64,000 nucleotides of DNA from Obrimoposthia wandeli (lineage: Eukaryota). The notes under the pieces were generated by a model, which had not been told where the DNA came from, made no database searches, and saw only the letters and a list, made by a program, of their open reading frames with translations. The translations under genes were made by a program, and so were the position numbers. Positions 6,792 to 18,289 of this stretch are shown in pieces (within the stretch, counting starts at the first letter, position 1; each line of letters opens with the position of its first letter). The stretch is from positions 1-64,000 of the forward strand of contig CDROCS010001028.1 of NCBI GenBank assembly GCA_977020255.1, in the 5' to 3' direction.

Positions 6792-8879
6792 TTAGGCAAT
6801 GTGCTGGTATTTACTCAGCATTTGATTAAGCTCGATAGCTCTTATTGGTTTAGCTAAGAAATCATTCATCCCAGCTTTTTTGTATTCAACTTGATCGCAC
6901 TGCATTGCGTTTGCTGTTAGTGCAATGATTGGTATGGTGAAATCATCTTCTCGTAATAGCTTGGTAGCTTGGATCCCATCAAGTACTGGCATTGAAATAT
7001 CCATCAAAACAATATCGAAATAATGTGTATTATTTTCTAAGGCCTTTATCGCTTCCTCACCATTATTGGCAATCTGTACTCGGTGACCACGCTTTTCGAG
7101 CATTAATTTAGCAACCAGTTGATTCGTATTGCTATCTTCCGCTAGCAAGATGTTTAATGATCGGGTTGATATTGGATATTGCTCTAGTAATTCTTTTTCC
7201 TTTGTGTCGACCACAGATAGAATTGGTATCGAAACGGTAAAACAGCTGCCCACATTTAGCACACTGTCTAATGAAATATTACCATTCATTTTTTTGATGA
7301 GATGCATGCTAATTGCAAGACCTAATCCTGTGCCACCATAGCGTCGTGTAATACTTCCATCAGCTTGGATAAATGGATTAAACAACGTTTTCTGTGCATA
7401 CGGTGCTATGCCTATTCCAGTATCGATAACAGCAATTTCAATCGTATTGTTAACGGCTCTTACCGATACACTGACAGTGCCAACATTGGTGAATTTTATG
7501 GCATTGCCAATAAGATTAAACATGACCTGAGCAATTCGATTTTTATCACCCAGCATACTCTCTGGTACAGATGAATCGATTGTTGTCGTTAAGGTAATAT
7601 TTTTTCTTTTTGCTTGTTCGTTTAGTTGGTTAACAACCAGGTTTACACTATCTGCAATACGTATCTCTGTATTGAATAGCTCAAATTTACCTGACTCAAT
7701 GCGTGATAAATCGAGGATGTCATTGATAATTGTGAGCAGTAATTGAGCAGATTGTTCCATCTGACTCACCCACTCCATTTGCTTTTTATCAAGCCCTGAA
7801 TCAACCAGCGTCTCCATTAAGCCCAGCACTGCATTTAATGGCGTGCGTATTTCATGGCTCATCATTGCTAGAAATTCAGATTTTGCTTTATTTGCTGTTT
7901 CTGCTTGCTTTCGAGCGAGCTGTAATTCAACTAAACGTTGTTTCCTGTTTGTGATGTCTTTTGCTGTACCACGATAACCCAGTAATTTACCTTGTTTATT
8001 AAAGTAAGGCGTTCCACTTAAAGTAATCCATAAACCACCTTCATGTTCAGGTAATTTCCACTCAATATCTTCGAATGTCTTTTTACTATTTAATTGTTCT
8101 AATAGTTTTATTCGTAATTTAGACTGTTCGCCAAAGATATCTAAGATGTTAGTACCATCAATGGAATGATTGGCAAGATGTGGTGCCGAGATATAGGTAA
8201 ATTGATAATTTGTATCGACTTCCCAAAACCAATCCCCAACTGTTTTGGCAAAATCTTTAAATCGTTGTTGGCTATGTGTGAGCTCTTGCGTTCTTGCTGT
8301 AACGAGGGATTGTAAGCGTTCGCGGTAATCAATATCGATGATTGCACGTTCTAATAAAGGTCGAAACCTATCGAGCACTCTTCGACATTGAGGTGTAAAC
8401 TGCCCTTTTTTAGAATGCACAAATAATAGTATGGCATCACCAGAACTGACTTTCACGCCGGTCATTAAAGCAGAATTACAATAGGCGAGTATTTTGGGTG
8501 AAACACCTTTAAATTCTGTTACGTCTTTAGGTGAAAATAAAGCGATACTTTCACCATTAATACAACGGACAAATGTTCTATCAACGGTCCATGAACTAGA
8601 TTCAGATTCAAATACACCACATGTTGTTACAAGCTCTGTTAACGGGCCGGTTTCGTCATCGCGAGTAAGAACAAGTGCATGTTCGAAGCCAATATATTTG
8701 CGCAATACAGACAATAAACTATTGAATACTTGACGCTTATTGTTTGCGCCAGCCATTGCAGAAATACCCGCTAAAATAGCTGAATTTTCTTCACGTAATT
8801 GACACTCTCTTTCTTGGCTTCGTAACAAGTCAAGTAATGTCTCTTGTAATTTTTCAGACTCAGAACTTAGCATAATCAT
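6792..8879 (-). CDS. vpsS: Hybrid sensor histidine kinase/response regulator (VpsS-like)
   Basis: PAS-like region, H-box FLAMMSHEIRTPLN, NLIGNAIKF, DTGIG, GGTGLG, receiver ILLAED...LMDISMP; follows a FIST gene near dif/cco as in V. cholerae. Confidence 0.8.
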   Translation of the reverse strand: MIMLSSESEKLQETLLDLLRSQERECQLREENSAILAGISAMAGANNKRQVFNSLLSVLRKYIGFEHALVLTRDDETGPLTELVTTCGVFESESSSWTVDRTFVRCINGESIALFSPKDVTEFKGVSPKILAYCNSALMTGVKVSSGDAILLFVHSKKGQFTPQCRRVLDRFRPLLERAIIDIDYRERLQSLVTARTQELTHSQQRFKDFAKTVGDWFWEVDTNYQFTYISAPHLANHSIDGTNILDIFGEQSKLRIKLLEQLNSKKTFEDIEWKLPEHEGGLWITLSGTPYFNKQGKLLGYRGTAKDITNRKQRLVELQLARKQAETANKAKSEFLAMMSHEIRTPLNAVLGLMETLVDSGLDKKQMEWVSQMEQSAQLLLTIINDILDLSRIESGKFELFNTEIRIADSVNLVVNQLNEQAKRKNITLTTTIDSSVPESMLGDKNRIAQVMFNLIGNAIKFTNVGTVSVSVRAVNNTIEIAVIDTGIGIAPYAQKTLFNPFIQADGSITRRYGGTGLGLAISMHLIKKMNGNISLDSVLNVGSCFTVSIPILSVVDTKEKELLEQYPISTRSLNILLAEDSNTNQLVAKLMLEKRGHRVQIANNGEEAIKALENNTHYFDIVLMDISMPVLDGIQATKLLREDDFTIPIIALTANAMQCDQVEYKKAGMNDFLAKPIRAIELNQMLSKYQHIA

Positions 8880-10065
8880 CCCTATGAAAAAGAACGGCGG
8901 AAATCATTAAGTTTCCATGAGCATTTTCACCACCAATAAATTGCCCTTGTTCGCCAAAAGTAAAAGGGCTAACAAACGGAGCTTGATGCATGGCGTGATT
9001 CACATAACTGGCGACTTCATGCATTCTGTCTTGTACTTTTAACATGCAACCAGCGCAGTAAATGGTAATGCCACCAATAGGGTCTAATTCCCCTTTTCTG
9101 CTAATATCATTGGCCGAGTCAATCACTCTACCCGCTCTGGTTATTAGACGTTCATCGGTTCCCATCATACAAAAAACGGTTTCAGATTCTTCTACCGTTG
9201 CAAAAAGCTCTATTCCACCTCGTTCTGTTACTTTTAGTGGATGAGCCAGTTTGTAATATTCGATCTCATGCACTTTTCCCACCACACGCCCTAAGGGATT
9301 AAGGCTACTCTCGTTAATGATATTACTTGCTTGACTTAAATTTTTACCTAGCCATTTTTCATAAATATTTATAGCGGGTTCGTTATCTAATTCAACAATC
9401 TCTCGGCCTTCAACTTTTGTCACAACTGCTGATTGATTGGTACTGGCATAACCAGAATGGAATGAATAACTGACCTGACATGATGGGTAAAATACACAAA
9501 CCCCGACCCCATGCTGGCTGGTATGCTCATGCGTAAAGAGCTTCCAATTTCCGTTAACAAAATCATCTGCCGCACTACCGCCAATAATCGGTATTGATGC
9601 GCCTAACTCATGCTCAATACCTTTAATAACATCTTCTTCATTCCCTGGAGTTGCATGAAGCAAAATCAATGCCGGAAGTTCGCCAGGACGTCCACTATTC
9701 TCTATTGCTCTTAATACCGCTTGCTGAGCCATTTCGAATGGAGATTGATTAGTAGAAACTAACGCAGTTCCAAATGCACCGTTGTAATCACATATAGCCC
9801 ATAACGCAATGCTATCACCATAGTTATATCCCTCGTCAGTCATGACGCCTCGGCAAGATGAACACCCCAAAACTTGGGCGTCAGGGTATTGTTCATGCAA
9901 TATATTCTTAATCAGCGTTTCATCATGACTTTCAGAAAAATATGCCAAGACTAACTTAGGATTAGTGATTTTTTGCTGTAATTTGCAAATTGCATCTAAA
10001 ATAGCGTCTTCAGATGAATTAATAGCAGAGATGCTGGTTGCGATATCCATTATTTTTTCTGTCAT
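8860..10065 (-). CDS. nosP: FIST-domain NO-sensing protein (NosP/VpsV-like)
   Basis: FIST motifs GCSSC, GGSAAD, YCAGC, FTFGEQG, HGNLMIS; overlaps the kinase start. Confidence 0.8.
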   Translation of the reverse strand: MTEKIMDIATSISAINSSEDAILDAICKLQQKITNPKLVLAYFSESHDETLIKNILHEQYPDAQVLGCSSCRGVMTDEGYNYGDSIALWAICDYNGAFGTALVSTNQSPFEMAQQAVLRAIENSGRPGELPALILLHATPGNEEDVIKGIEHELGASIPIIGGSAADDFVNGNWKLFTHEHTSQHGVGVCVFYPSCQVSYSFHSGYASTNQSAVVTKVEGREIVELDNEPAINIYEKWLGKNLSQASNIINESSLNPLGRVVGKVHEIEYYKLAHPLKVTERGGIELFATVEESETVFCMMGTDERLITRAGRVIDSANDISRKGELDPIGGITIYCAGCMLKVQDRMHEVASYVNHAMHQAPFVSPFTFGEQGQFIGGENAHGNLMISAVLFHRDDYAKF

Positions 10066-10204
10066 TACTTTTCTACATAAGTAACATTATTACATTTGCA
10101 TCCAGTAAAGGATTGAGTTTTTAGTGGTTTTTTGATTAAAGTCTGATTTGTTTTTGTCGTTATTCATTATCATCTTTCGAATATGCTGCAAATGAAGGGA
10201 TGCA

Positions 10205-10960
10205 ATGGCTAATCAAGTAATTTTGGTAACAGGCGGCGCTAATGGCATCGGTAAAGGAATTTGTGAATTCTTAGTCGAGAACAGTTCGACGAAACATGGC
10301 ACCAGTGGAAATGAGACAATTGTTATCGCGGTTGATATTGATGAAGATGCTGGGTTCAAGTTAGTTTCTGAGGAGCCCCGTATTCGATTCCGGTGTGCTG
10401 ATGTTTCTAATGAAGCTGAAATGTCGTTGATCATTAAAGAGATCACGACACAGTATGGTTATCTAAATGGCTTAATCAATAATGCTGCTGTTTCCAATCC
10501 CTACAACTCACCGCTCGAAGAATTAGAGTTAACTGAATGGCATCGCGTTCTTCATATTAACCTTACCGCCCCATTATTGATGAGTAAATTGTGTTTATCT
10601 TTATTAAAGGAAGCAAAAGGAACCATCGTTAATATTAGCTCTACTCGCGCGCAGCAATCTGAACCGAATACAGAAATCTATAGTGCATCTAAAGGTGGCT
10701 TAATCGCTTTAACTCATGCTTTGGCAAACAGCTTAGGGCCTGAGGTTAGAGTTAATTGTGTGTCTCCCGGTTGGATCAACACGACCAATGAACCACTAAA
10801 GGATATTGATTCTAACCAACACCCTGTTGGTCGAGTCGGCGATGTAACAGATACTGCGGCAATAGTCAGTTTTCTTCTTAGTGAGCAGTCTGGGTTTATA
10901 ACAGGACAAAATTTCACTGTTGATGGTGGAATGACGAAAAAAATGATTTATGCCGAATAA
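10205..10960 (+). CDS. SDR family oxidoreductase
   Basis: TGGANGIG, NNAA, YSASK, VNCVSPG. Confidence 0.9.
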   Translation: MANQVILVTGGANGIGKGICEFLVENSSTKHGTSGNETIVIAVDIDEDAGFKLVSEEPRIRFRCADVSNEAEMSLIIKEITTQYGYLNGLINNAAVSNPYNSPLEELELTEWHRVLHINLTAPLLMSKLCLSLLKEAKGTIVNISSTRAQQSEPNTEIYSASKGGLIALTHALANSLGPEVRVNCVSPGWINTTNEPLKDIDSNQHPVGRVGDVTDTAAIVSFLLSEQSGFITGQNFTVDGGMTKKMIYAE

Positions 10961-10984
10961 AACGATTATTGCAGGCAGAAAACC

Positions 10985-11018
10985 AAAGCAATAAGCCTAT
11001 TTGGGGACTTATTGCTTT
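10985..11018. terminator. Bidirectional terminator
   Basis: aaagcaataag...cttattgcttt between convergent genes. Confidence 0.6.
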
Positions 11019-11111
11019 TTTAATGTTTTGTTTTGATTCTGTTAAAACAAGGCGAGCATAATCAATCCACTCAAAATCAAACAATTAACATTTAAGCCGC
11101 TTGAATGTTAA

Positions 11112-11567
11112 TTATTTTTTCACTGTAAATGTAGCTATTGTGGTTTGATTTCCCTGCTTAATTGTTGCTTTCCAATTCATTTCATCATGAATACAGGCTG
11201 GAACACTAAAATCACCCACCCAATACTCACCTTTTTGTTCAAAAATGACAGGGATTGTACCCATAAACATATCGACCCCCTCGATAACACCTGTTGGCTT
11301 AACATCAATATTGCCAATGTGTAATACGAGTGGCGACTCAGCTATAGCAGGTAATGGGGTTAATGTTATATCTGCAGTCTCGCTCTGCTCAACAATTAAG
11401 CACTTCCCTTCGCTTATTACACAATGAATAGCCTTTTGTTCTACTGATTGCACCTCTTCATAGGTAACGGTTCTCCAAACAAATGCTGTAATGAGCACTG
11501 CCATCAGTACAATAATTTGGATTAATCGTGATTTTGTTAATTTTTCTGCTGCCATAATTACGCTCAC
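11112..11567 (-). CDS. Conserved hypothetical membrane-anchored protein upstream of cco
   Basis: N-terminal TM helix, GVDMFMG motif, VPAC. Confidence 0.65.
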   Translation of the reverse strand: MSVIMAAEKLTKSRLIQIIVLMAVLITAFVWRTVTYEEVQSVEQKAIHCVISEGKCLIVEQSETADITLTPLPAIAESPLVLHIGNIDVKPTGVIEGVDMFMGTIPVIFEQKGEYWVGDFSVPACIHDEMNWKATIKQGNQTTIATFTVKK

Positions 11568-11827
11568 CTCGTGTTACAGAGTTCAAAGTTTTCACACAAA
11601 TGTTACTTAACCGTAAACAATATGTGGGCATCAGCCTGTCAATCGCTTGTTAAATAACGTATTATGCGCAATGAAAATGCCACTTTTACAATAAAATAGC
11701 AATTTGATTGTTGAGTTGTTTAAAAAACAACAAGGCTATCAATAAGCTTTGGGTGGCATTGCGACAACTTGTTGTTCGCACAAGGAAATATAAGTGTAGT
11801 TGAACAATATATAGTGGAAGTAGCAAC

Positions 11828-13255
11828 ATGAGCCAAGTAAAGCAGCTTGAACAAAACTATAACTATACGGTCGTTCGTCAATTTACCCTAGCTACCATAC
11901 TATGGGGAATTGTTGGTATGAGCGTTGGTGTATTGATTGCAGCTCAGCTGGTATGGCCGGCGCTAAACTTCGATACTCCTTGGTTGACATACAGCCGTTT
12001 GCGTCCACTGCATACTAATGCAGTCATTTTCGCATTTGGTACTAGTGCGTTATTTGCTACGTCTTATTACGTAGTACAACGTACATGTCAAACAAGATTA
12101 TTCGGTGGGAAGTTAGCCGCGTTTACCTTCTGGGGTTGGCAAGCAATAATCATTTCAGCGGCAATTACATTGCCAATGGGGTGGACTACAGGTAAAGAAT
12201 ACGCAGAACTGGAATGGCCAATTGGTATCGCTATTGCAGTTGTATGGGTAGCCTATGCCATTGTCTTTTTCGGTACAATGATTAAAAGAAACACGTCGCA
12301 CATTTATGTTGCGAACTGGTTCTTCGGTGCCTTCATTCTAACGGTAGCGGTACTTCACATTGTAAACAACCTTGCTATTCCAGTTTCAATTAATAAGTCG
12401 TATTCGATTTATTCTGGCGCTGTGGATGCAATGATTCAATGGTGGTACGGTCATAACGCTGTAGGCTTCCTGCTTACTGCGGGCTTCTTGGGTATGATGT
12501 ATTACTTCGTACCAAAGCAAGCGGGTCGTCCTGTTTACTCGTATCGTTTATCTATCGTACACTTCTGGGCGCTAATCTCTCTGTACATCTGGGCTGGTCC
12601 TCACCACCTTCATTACACAGCACTACCTGACTGGACTCAGTCGTTAGGTATGGTGATGTCGCTTGTTTTATTCGCACCATCTTGGGGCGGAATGATAAAC
12701 GGTATCATGACCTTATCTGGTGCATGGCATAAACTTCGTTACGATCCGATTTTACGTTTCCTTGTTGTTTCATTGTCTTTCTACGGTATGTCTACCTTCG
12801 AAGGCCCAATGATGGCAATCAAAACAGTAAACGCCCTATCCCACTACACGGACTGGACCATTGGTCACGTTCACTCTGGTGCGTTAGGTTGGGTTGCAAT
12901 GGTTTCTATCGGTTCTGTGTATCACCTAATCCCTAAATTGTTCGGCCAAGAGCGTATGTATTCGATCAAGTTGATCAACGTTCACTTCTGGTTAGCAACA
13001 ATTGGTACGGTTCTATATATCGTTGCAATGTGGATTTCAGGTGTGATGCAGGGCCTGATGTGGCGTGCAGTAAATACCGACGGTACATTGACTTACAGCT
13101 TCGTTGAATCGCTGCAAGCCTCTTATCCGTTCTACTTTGTTCGCTTTGTTGGCGGGTTAATCTTCTTGTCTGGTATGTTCTTGCTTGCGTATAACGCATA
13201 CAAAACAATTTCAGCACCGAAAGAAAGCCTAAAAGCAATTGAGCAACCAGCATAA
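11828..13255 (+). CDS. ccoN: cbb3-type cytochrome c oxidase subunit I
   Basis: [30 protein letters not shown]. Confidence 0.98.
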   Translation: MSQVKQLEQNYNYTVVRQFTLATILWGIVGMSVGVLIAAQLVWPALNFDTPWLTYSRLRPLHTNAVIFAFGTSALFATSYYVVQRTCQTRLFGGKLAAFTFWGWQAIIISAAITLPMGWTTGKEYAELEWPIGIAIAVVWVAYAIVFFGTMIKRNTSHIYVANWFFGAFILTVAVLHIVNNLAIPVSINKSYSIYSGAVDAMIQWWYGHNAVGFLLTAGFLGMMYYFVPKQAGRPVYSYRLSIVHFWALISLYIWAGPHHLHYTALPDWTQSLGMVMSLVLFAPSWGGMINGIMTLSGAWHKLRYDPILRFLVVSLSFYGMSTFEGPMMAIKTVNALSHYTDWTIGHVHSGALGWVAMVSIGSVYHLIPKLFGQERMYSIKLINVHFWLATIGTVLYIVAMWISGVMQGLMWRAVNTDGTLTYSFVESLQASYPFYFVRFVGGLIFLSGMFLLAYNAYKTISAPKESLKAIEQPA

Positions 13256-13267
13256 GGAGTTCGACAG

Positions 13268-13876
13268 ATGAGTAATCGTCACGCAATAGTTGAAAAAAAT
13301 GTCGGTCTTTTGGCAATCCTTATCATCATCGCTATTAGCTTTGGTGCGCTGGTTGAAATTACGCCGCTGATTTATCAAGAGCAAACGACTGAACCAGTAG
13401 AAAATCTTCGCCCTTATACGGCATTAGAGATGGAAGGTCGTGATATTTATATTCGCGAAGGCTGTAACGTTTGTCACAGCCAAATGATTCGCCCATTTCG
13501 TTCTGAAACAGAACGTTATGGTCACTACTCTGTCGCGGGTGAAAGTGTGTGGGAACACCCATTCTTATGGGGCTCAAAACGTACAGGTCCTGATTTGGCA
13601 CGTGTTGGTCAGCGTTATTCTGACGATTGGCACCGTGTGCACCTTCGTAATCCTCGTGCTGTTGTTCCTGAATCTAATATGCCTGGTTTCCCATGGCTGG
13701 AAGAGAATGTACTTGACGGTAAATTAACTTCTAAGAAACTTGCAATCTTTAAAGATAACTTCGGTGTTCCGTACACTGACGAGCAAGTTGCCAGCGCTGG
13801 TGATGACGTTAAAGGCAAGACTGAAATGGATGCAGTTATTGCTTACCTTCAGTCTCTTGGTCACGCGATGAAATAA
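13268..13876 (+). CDS. ccoO: cbb3-type cytochrome c oxidase subunit II
   Basis: [21 protein letters not shown]. Confidence 0.97.
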   Translation: MSNRHAIVEKNVGLLAILIIIAISFGALVEITPLIYQEQTTEPVENLRPYTALEMEGRDIYIREGCNVCHSQMIRPFRSETERYGHYSVAGESVWEHPFLWGSKRTGPDLARVGQRYSDDWHRVHLRNPRAVVPESNMPGFPWLEENVLDGKLTSKKLAIFKDNFGVPYTDEQVASAGDDVKGKTEMDAVIAYLQSLGHAMK

Positions 13877-13885
13877 GGAGATATC

Positions 13886-14059
13886 ATGGATATTATAACT
13901 GTTCACAGTGTCTGGACTGTTGTGCTGTTCATTAGCTTTATTGGTATTATCCTTTGGGCTTATAGCAAGCGCCGAAAGTCTGATTTCAGTGAAGCAGCAA
14001 ACCTTGTGTTTGCTGACGAAGAACAAGATTTGGCCACGCGTGAGAAAGACAGGAGCTAG
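13886..14059 (+). CDS. ccoQ: cbb3-type cytochrome c oxidase subunit IV
   Basis: 57-aa ORF MDIITVHSVWTVVLFISFIGIILWAYSKRRK... with RBS, between ccoO and ccoP; not in ORF track. Confidence 0.9.
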   Translation: MDIITVHSVWTVVLFISFIGIILWAYSKRRKSDFSEAANLVFADEEQDLATREKDRS

Positions 14060-14064
14060 GTAGT

Positions 14065-15045
14065 ATGAGTACGTTTTGGAGCCTATGGATCTCTATCATC
14101 ACTATTGGCAGTTTAGTCGGTGTCGGTTGCCTACTTTTTTGGTGTAGCCGCGACAAGATGGGTGTCGAAGAAGGTGAAGATATGGGACACGAATACGATG
14201 GTATTCGTGAAAATAACAACCCACTGCCCAAGTGGTGGTCGTACATGTTTTGGGGCACGATTGTCTTTGCTGTACTTTACCTTTTCCTTTACCCAGGGTT
14301 AGGTAACTACAAAGGCTTTTTAGGCTGGACAAGTTCTGACCAAACGGTTCGTTCACTTGAAGAGTCAAAGGCATCTCTTGCTAATGCTCAGCAGAACAAA
14401 CAGTTGAATCAGTACGCAAGAGAATTGGATGAAGCCGAGGCTAAATACGGTGAAAAATTCAAAACTCTAGCCTACGATGCTTCAGGCAATACCCTGCTTC
14501 CTATTACTGATATCGCCGCTAATTCAGAAGCGATTAAAGTAGGTCAACGTCTGTTTATTCAGAACTGTTCACAATGTCATGGTTCAGATGCTCGTGGCCA
14601 AGCTGGATACCCTAACTTGACTGACAATGCATGGCTATATGGTGGTGAAGCAGAAACCATCAAAACAACCATCATGGAAGGTCGTCAAGGTGTCATGCCT
14701 GCTTGGGGTGATGCACTAGGTAAAGATGGCGTTAAAGAAGTAACAAGTTATGTTCTTGCTCTATCGGGTCGTAAAGTGAATGCAAAAGAAGCAGCTGCGG
14801 GTAAAAGCCGTTTTGTTGTATGTGCTGCATGCCACGGTACGGACGGTAAAGGTAACCCTGCGTTTGGTGCACCTGACTTAACAGATAGTAACTGGTTGTA
14901 CGGTGGTTCTCGTCGTGCAGTTGAAGCTACTATTATGCATGGTCGTCACGGTGTAATGCCAGCATGGAAAGATGTGTTAGGTGAAGAAAAAATTCAGCTA
15001 ATTTCTGCCTATGTTTGGAATCTAAGCGAAAAGACTGATAAGTAA
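14065..15045 (+). CDS. ccoP: cbb3-type cytochrome c oxidase subunit III
   Basis: GHEYDGIRE, CSQCH, CAACH. Confidence 0.97.
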   Translation: MSTFWSLWISIITIGSLVGVGCLLFWCSRDKMGVEEGEDMGHEYDGIRENNNPLPKWWSYMFWGTIVFAVLYLFLYPGLGNYKGFLGWTSSDQTVRSLEESKASLANAQQNKQLNQYARELDEAEAKYGEKFKTLAYDASGNTLLPITDIAANSEAIKVGQRLFIQNCSQCHGSDARGQAGYPNLTDNAWLYGGEAETIKTTIMEGRQGVMPAWGDALGKDGVKEVTSYVLALSGRKVNAKEAAAGKSRFVVCAACHGTDGKGNPAFGAPDLTDSNWLYGGSRRAVEATIMHGRHGVMPAWKDVLGEEKIQLISAYVWNLSEKTDK

Positions 15046-15166
15046 CATTTCTCGTTAATAATCAGTTACATATTTATTGGCGAAATGTGATTTATTGCAA
15101 AGACATAATACCTAGCCCTTGTTAACTTCAGGGGCTAATTTCATCTAAATATCAAAGGTTGTCATC

Positions 15167-15661
15167 ATGCAAAAAAAACCATGGTATAAGCAGTTTTGGC
15201 CTTGGTTTGTCATCGCTCTTCCTGCATCTTCTGTTGTTTATAGTTTAACGGCTGTTTATATATTCTCTCAAAACCAAGTCGACCTTGTTGCTGAAGATTA
15301 TTACAAAAAAGGCAAAGCGATTAATGTTGATCTTTCTCGCCTTCGTGTAGCTGATGCATTAAAACTTCATGCAACAGTGGCAGTAGAAAAAAATCAAATT
15401 GCGCTTAAATTTGATAAAGGAGAACTCAGAAGTAATCCTAATTTACGTGTTACTTTTACTCACCGTACGCTTGCTAACCAAGACTTTACTCAAATGGTTA
15501 GTGCCGATCTTAAAGGTACCTATCACTTTAACTCGCCAGAACCACTACAAGGCCCGTGGTTTATCGAAGTTGAAGCGTTTGATGGGGACTGGATGTTACA
15601 AGGCCGTGTAAACCTACCTACTTCCGACCCGATTGCGTTGTACGGGCAGAATAAGGGATGA
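15167..15661 (+). CDS. ccoH: FixH/CcoH family protein
   Basis: KPWYKQFWPWF, EDYYKKG; cco operon position. Confidence 0.88.
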   Translation: MQKKPWYKQFWPWFVIALPASSVVYSLTAVYIFSQNQVDLVAEDYYKKGKAINVDLSRLRVADALKLHATVAVEKNQIALKFDKGELRSNPNLRVTFTHRTLANQDFTQMVSADLKGTYHFNSPEPLQGPWFIEVEAFDGDWMLQGRVNLPTSDPIALYGQNKG

Positions 15662-18069
15662 CAAAAGAAACCAGCAGAGGTACCGACTGCTATCATTGCG
15701 GCGATCCTGTTCCACAGGATTGCCACTATGAAGTAGACATTTTGGGTAAAGCACGAGACATGTGCTGCCCAGGATGTGAAGCTGTCGCGACAACCATTGT
15801 TGAAAGTGGTCTTACTTCTTATTATGAATACCGTACTGCCCCTGCAGAAAAAGCTAACTTAGTACCACAGCAACTTAAATCACTCTTACTTTATGATCAT
15901 GAAGAAGTTCAACAAGAATTTGTTCGTAATCTTGATAACTGTAAAGAAGTTTCACTCTCACTTGATGGCGTATCTTGCGCTGCATGTGCTTGGCTTATTG
16001 AAAAACAACTTGCGCGAGAAGCGGGGTTAGTCTCAATTCAAGTGAACACAACTACACACCGTGCTTTATTAAAGTGGAACCCTGAACAAACCAAACTCAG
16101 CACCCTACTTTCGGCAATTCACCGCCTTGGCTATAAAGCCGCCCCTTTTGAAGCTGATGCGCAAGAACAGCACTATCACAATACAATGAAACAATACCTG
16201 TATCGGTTGGGTATTGCTGGCATAGCGACTATGCAAGTTATGATGATTGCTGTGGCGCTATACTTTGAGGTATTCAGTGATCTAGATACTGAATTTAGAA
16301 ACTACCTTCGCTGGGTTAGCCTAATCTTTGCGACCCCTGTACTACTGTATTCTGCACTGCCTTTTTACATGAACGCTTGGCGAAACCTACGCGCTCGAAC
16401 GCTTGGAATGGATGTGCCCGTTTCCATTGCCCTACTTTTCGCCTATGTTGCCAGCCTTTACGCGACAGTCGCTGAAAAAGGTGAAGTGTTCTTTGAATCT
16501 ATTTCAATGTTTACTTTCTTCCTATTACTGGGTCGTTTCCTTGAAATGCGCGCTCGCCGGCATGCCGCCGCTGCCAGTGCAAACTTATTAAAATTAGTTC
16601 CTGCGATGGCGACATTAGAAGACGGAACTCAAGTCGCAGCAAAAACAATAAAAGTAAGTGACATTGTCACAATTTTACCCGGCGAAAGTTTACCTGCAGA
16701 CGGCGATATCATTCAGGGTGAAACCGCGATTGATGAATCAATGTTAACGGGTGAGCCTATGCCAGTCGCTCGCTCGGTTGGGCATCCAGTGTTTGCGGGT
16801 ACGATCAATGGTGATGGTAATATCACTATTAAAGTTACCAAAGACCGTCAGAATTCATTAATTTCAAATATTGTGCGTCTTCAAGATGAAGCGCAAATGT
16901 CTAAACCGAAGGTGGCTGTACTTGCCGATATTGTGGCACGGTATTTTGTCGCATGTATCTTGATTATTGCTGCGGGTACTTGGCTTTATTGGCATCAGCA
17001 ACAACCAGAAGATGCACTATGGATCACCTTAGCCGTATTAGTTGCAACCTGTCCTTGCGCGTTATCTTTGGCTACACCCACCGCACTCACTTGCTCTACC
17101 TCTAGTCTCGGTCGCTTAGGTATATTGCTTCGTAGAGGCCATGTATTAGAAACGCTTTGTAAGGTGAATCAATTAGTCATTGATAAAACAGGCACACTTA
17201 CCGAGGGTAATATCCGTTTAATCAATACCCAGTTATTTACTAACGTGACAAAGAACGATGCCTTATCTTATTCTGCAGAATTAGAACGTTTTGCTAATCA
17301 CCCCATCGCTCGCGCATTTACACCGCATAGAGACCAAGCCTTTGCCTTTGACCACGTCGACAATGTGATTGGTTGTGGTCTGAAAGGTGTTAAAAACGGG
17401 CAAGAATGGCGTATTGGTCAGATTAAATTTGTATTAGAAGGTAATACGAACGCCGAATCTTTGTTGAATCAAGCAGATAATAGTTATCAAGTTTGGCTAT
17501 CATGTGACACTCAACTTGTCGCTGCATTCAAATTAGACGACCCTATCCGCGAAGACAGTGCTGAGTTAGTTCGACAATTCCAGCGTGCTGGTATTCAAGT
17601 CACGATGTTAACTGGCGACAATTCCGTTAACGCGCAGCTCGTTGCCGATAAACTGAATGTCGATAAGTTGGTATCAGGCGTTACACCTGAAGGTAAATTG
17701 GACTACTTACGCAGTTTAGATGACAAAGATGTGGCATTAATGATTGGCGATGGTGTGAATGATGCTCCTGTTCTGGCGGGTGCCCACCTTTCTGCTGCGA
17801 TGGGTGGCGGTACCGACATTGCCAAATCTTCAGCTGATATGGTGCTATTGGGCGACCAATTAACCCGTATCTTACAAGCTCGTCGATTAGCGCTGAAAAC
17901 TAAAAAGATTATTCGCGAAAACCTTGCTTGGTCATTAGGGTATAATCTGATTATATTACCTCTTGCTGTCGCTGGGATGGTTGCGCCGTACATTGCCGTT
18001 GTTGGCATGTCTGCCAGTTCAATCATTGTTGTATCAAATTCTTTAAGGTTGTTAAAAGAAAATGGCTAG
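15658..18069 (+). CDS. ccoI: Copper-translocating P1B ATPase
   Basis: CYHC/CCPGC, CAAC, TGE, CPC, DKTGTLT, GDGVND. Confidence 0.95.
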   Translation: MTKETSRGTDCYHCGDPVPQDCHYEVDILGKARDMCCPGCEAVATTIVESGLTSYYEYRTAPAEKANLVPQQLKSLLLYDHEEVQQEFVRNLDNCKEVSLSLDGVSCAACAWLIEKQLAREAGLVSIQVNTTTHRALLKWNPEQTKLSTLLSAIHRLGYKAAPFEADAQEQHYHNTMKQYLYRLGIAGIATMQVMMIAVALYFEVFSDLDTEFRNYLRWVSLIFATPVLLYSALPFYMNAWRNLRARTLGMDVPVSIALLFAYVASLYATVAEKGEVFFESISMFTFFLLLGRFLEMRARRHAAAASANLLKLVPAMATLEDGTQVAAKTIKVSDIVTILPGESLPADGDIIQGETAIDESMLTGEPMPVARSVGHPVFAGTINGDGNITIKVTKDRQNSLISNIVRLQDEAQMSKPKVAVLADIVARYFVACILIIAAGTWLYWHQQQPEDALWITLAVLVATCPCALSLATPTALTCSTSSLGRLGILLRRGHVLETLCKVNQLVIDKTGTLTEGNIRLINTQLFTNVTKNDALSYSAELERFANHPIARAFTPHRDQAFAFDHVDNVIGCGLKGVKNGQEWRIGQIKFVLEGNTNAESLLNQADNSYQVWLSCDTQLVAAFKLDDPIREDSAELVRQFQRAGIQVTMLTGDNSVNAQLVADKLNVDKLVSGVTPEGKLDYLRSLDDKDVALMIGDGVNDAPVLAGAHLSAAMGGGTDIAKSSADMVLLGDQLTRILQARRLALKTKKIIRENLAWSLGYNLIILPLAVAGMVAPYIAVVGMSASSIIVVSNSLRLLKENG
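16658..16670. other. matS site (MatP binding, Ter macrodomain)
   Basis: GTGACATTGTCAC fits GTGAC-RNY-GTCAC. Confidence 0.7.
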
Positions 18070-18289
18070 TCTTTACTTATTAATACCTATTGCCATTATT
18101 TTTGTATGCATCGCAGTTGCTATCTTTCTATGGGCCGTAAAATCAGATCAATTCGAAGATCTTGAACGTCAAGGCTTCGATATTTTGTTTGATGAAACAG
18201 AATCTCAATCAAAAAGTACGTCTTCCCAAGAAGAAATAGAGCCGGCTACAAAGACGGTAGAAAATCAGAATACTGGCGATAAATCGTGA
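18062..18289 (+). CDS. ccoS: cbb3 oxidase maturation protein
   Basis: LYLLIP...WAVKSDQFEDLE. Confidence 0.92.
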   Translation: MASLYLLIPIAIIFVCIAVAIFLWAVKSDQFEDLERQGFDILFDETESQSKSTSSQEEIEPATKTVENQNTGDKS

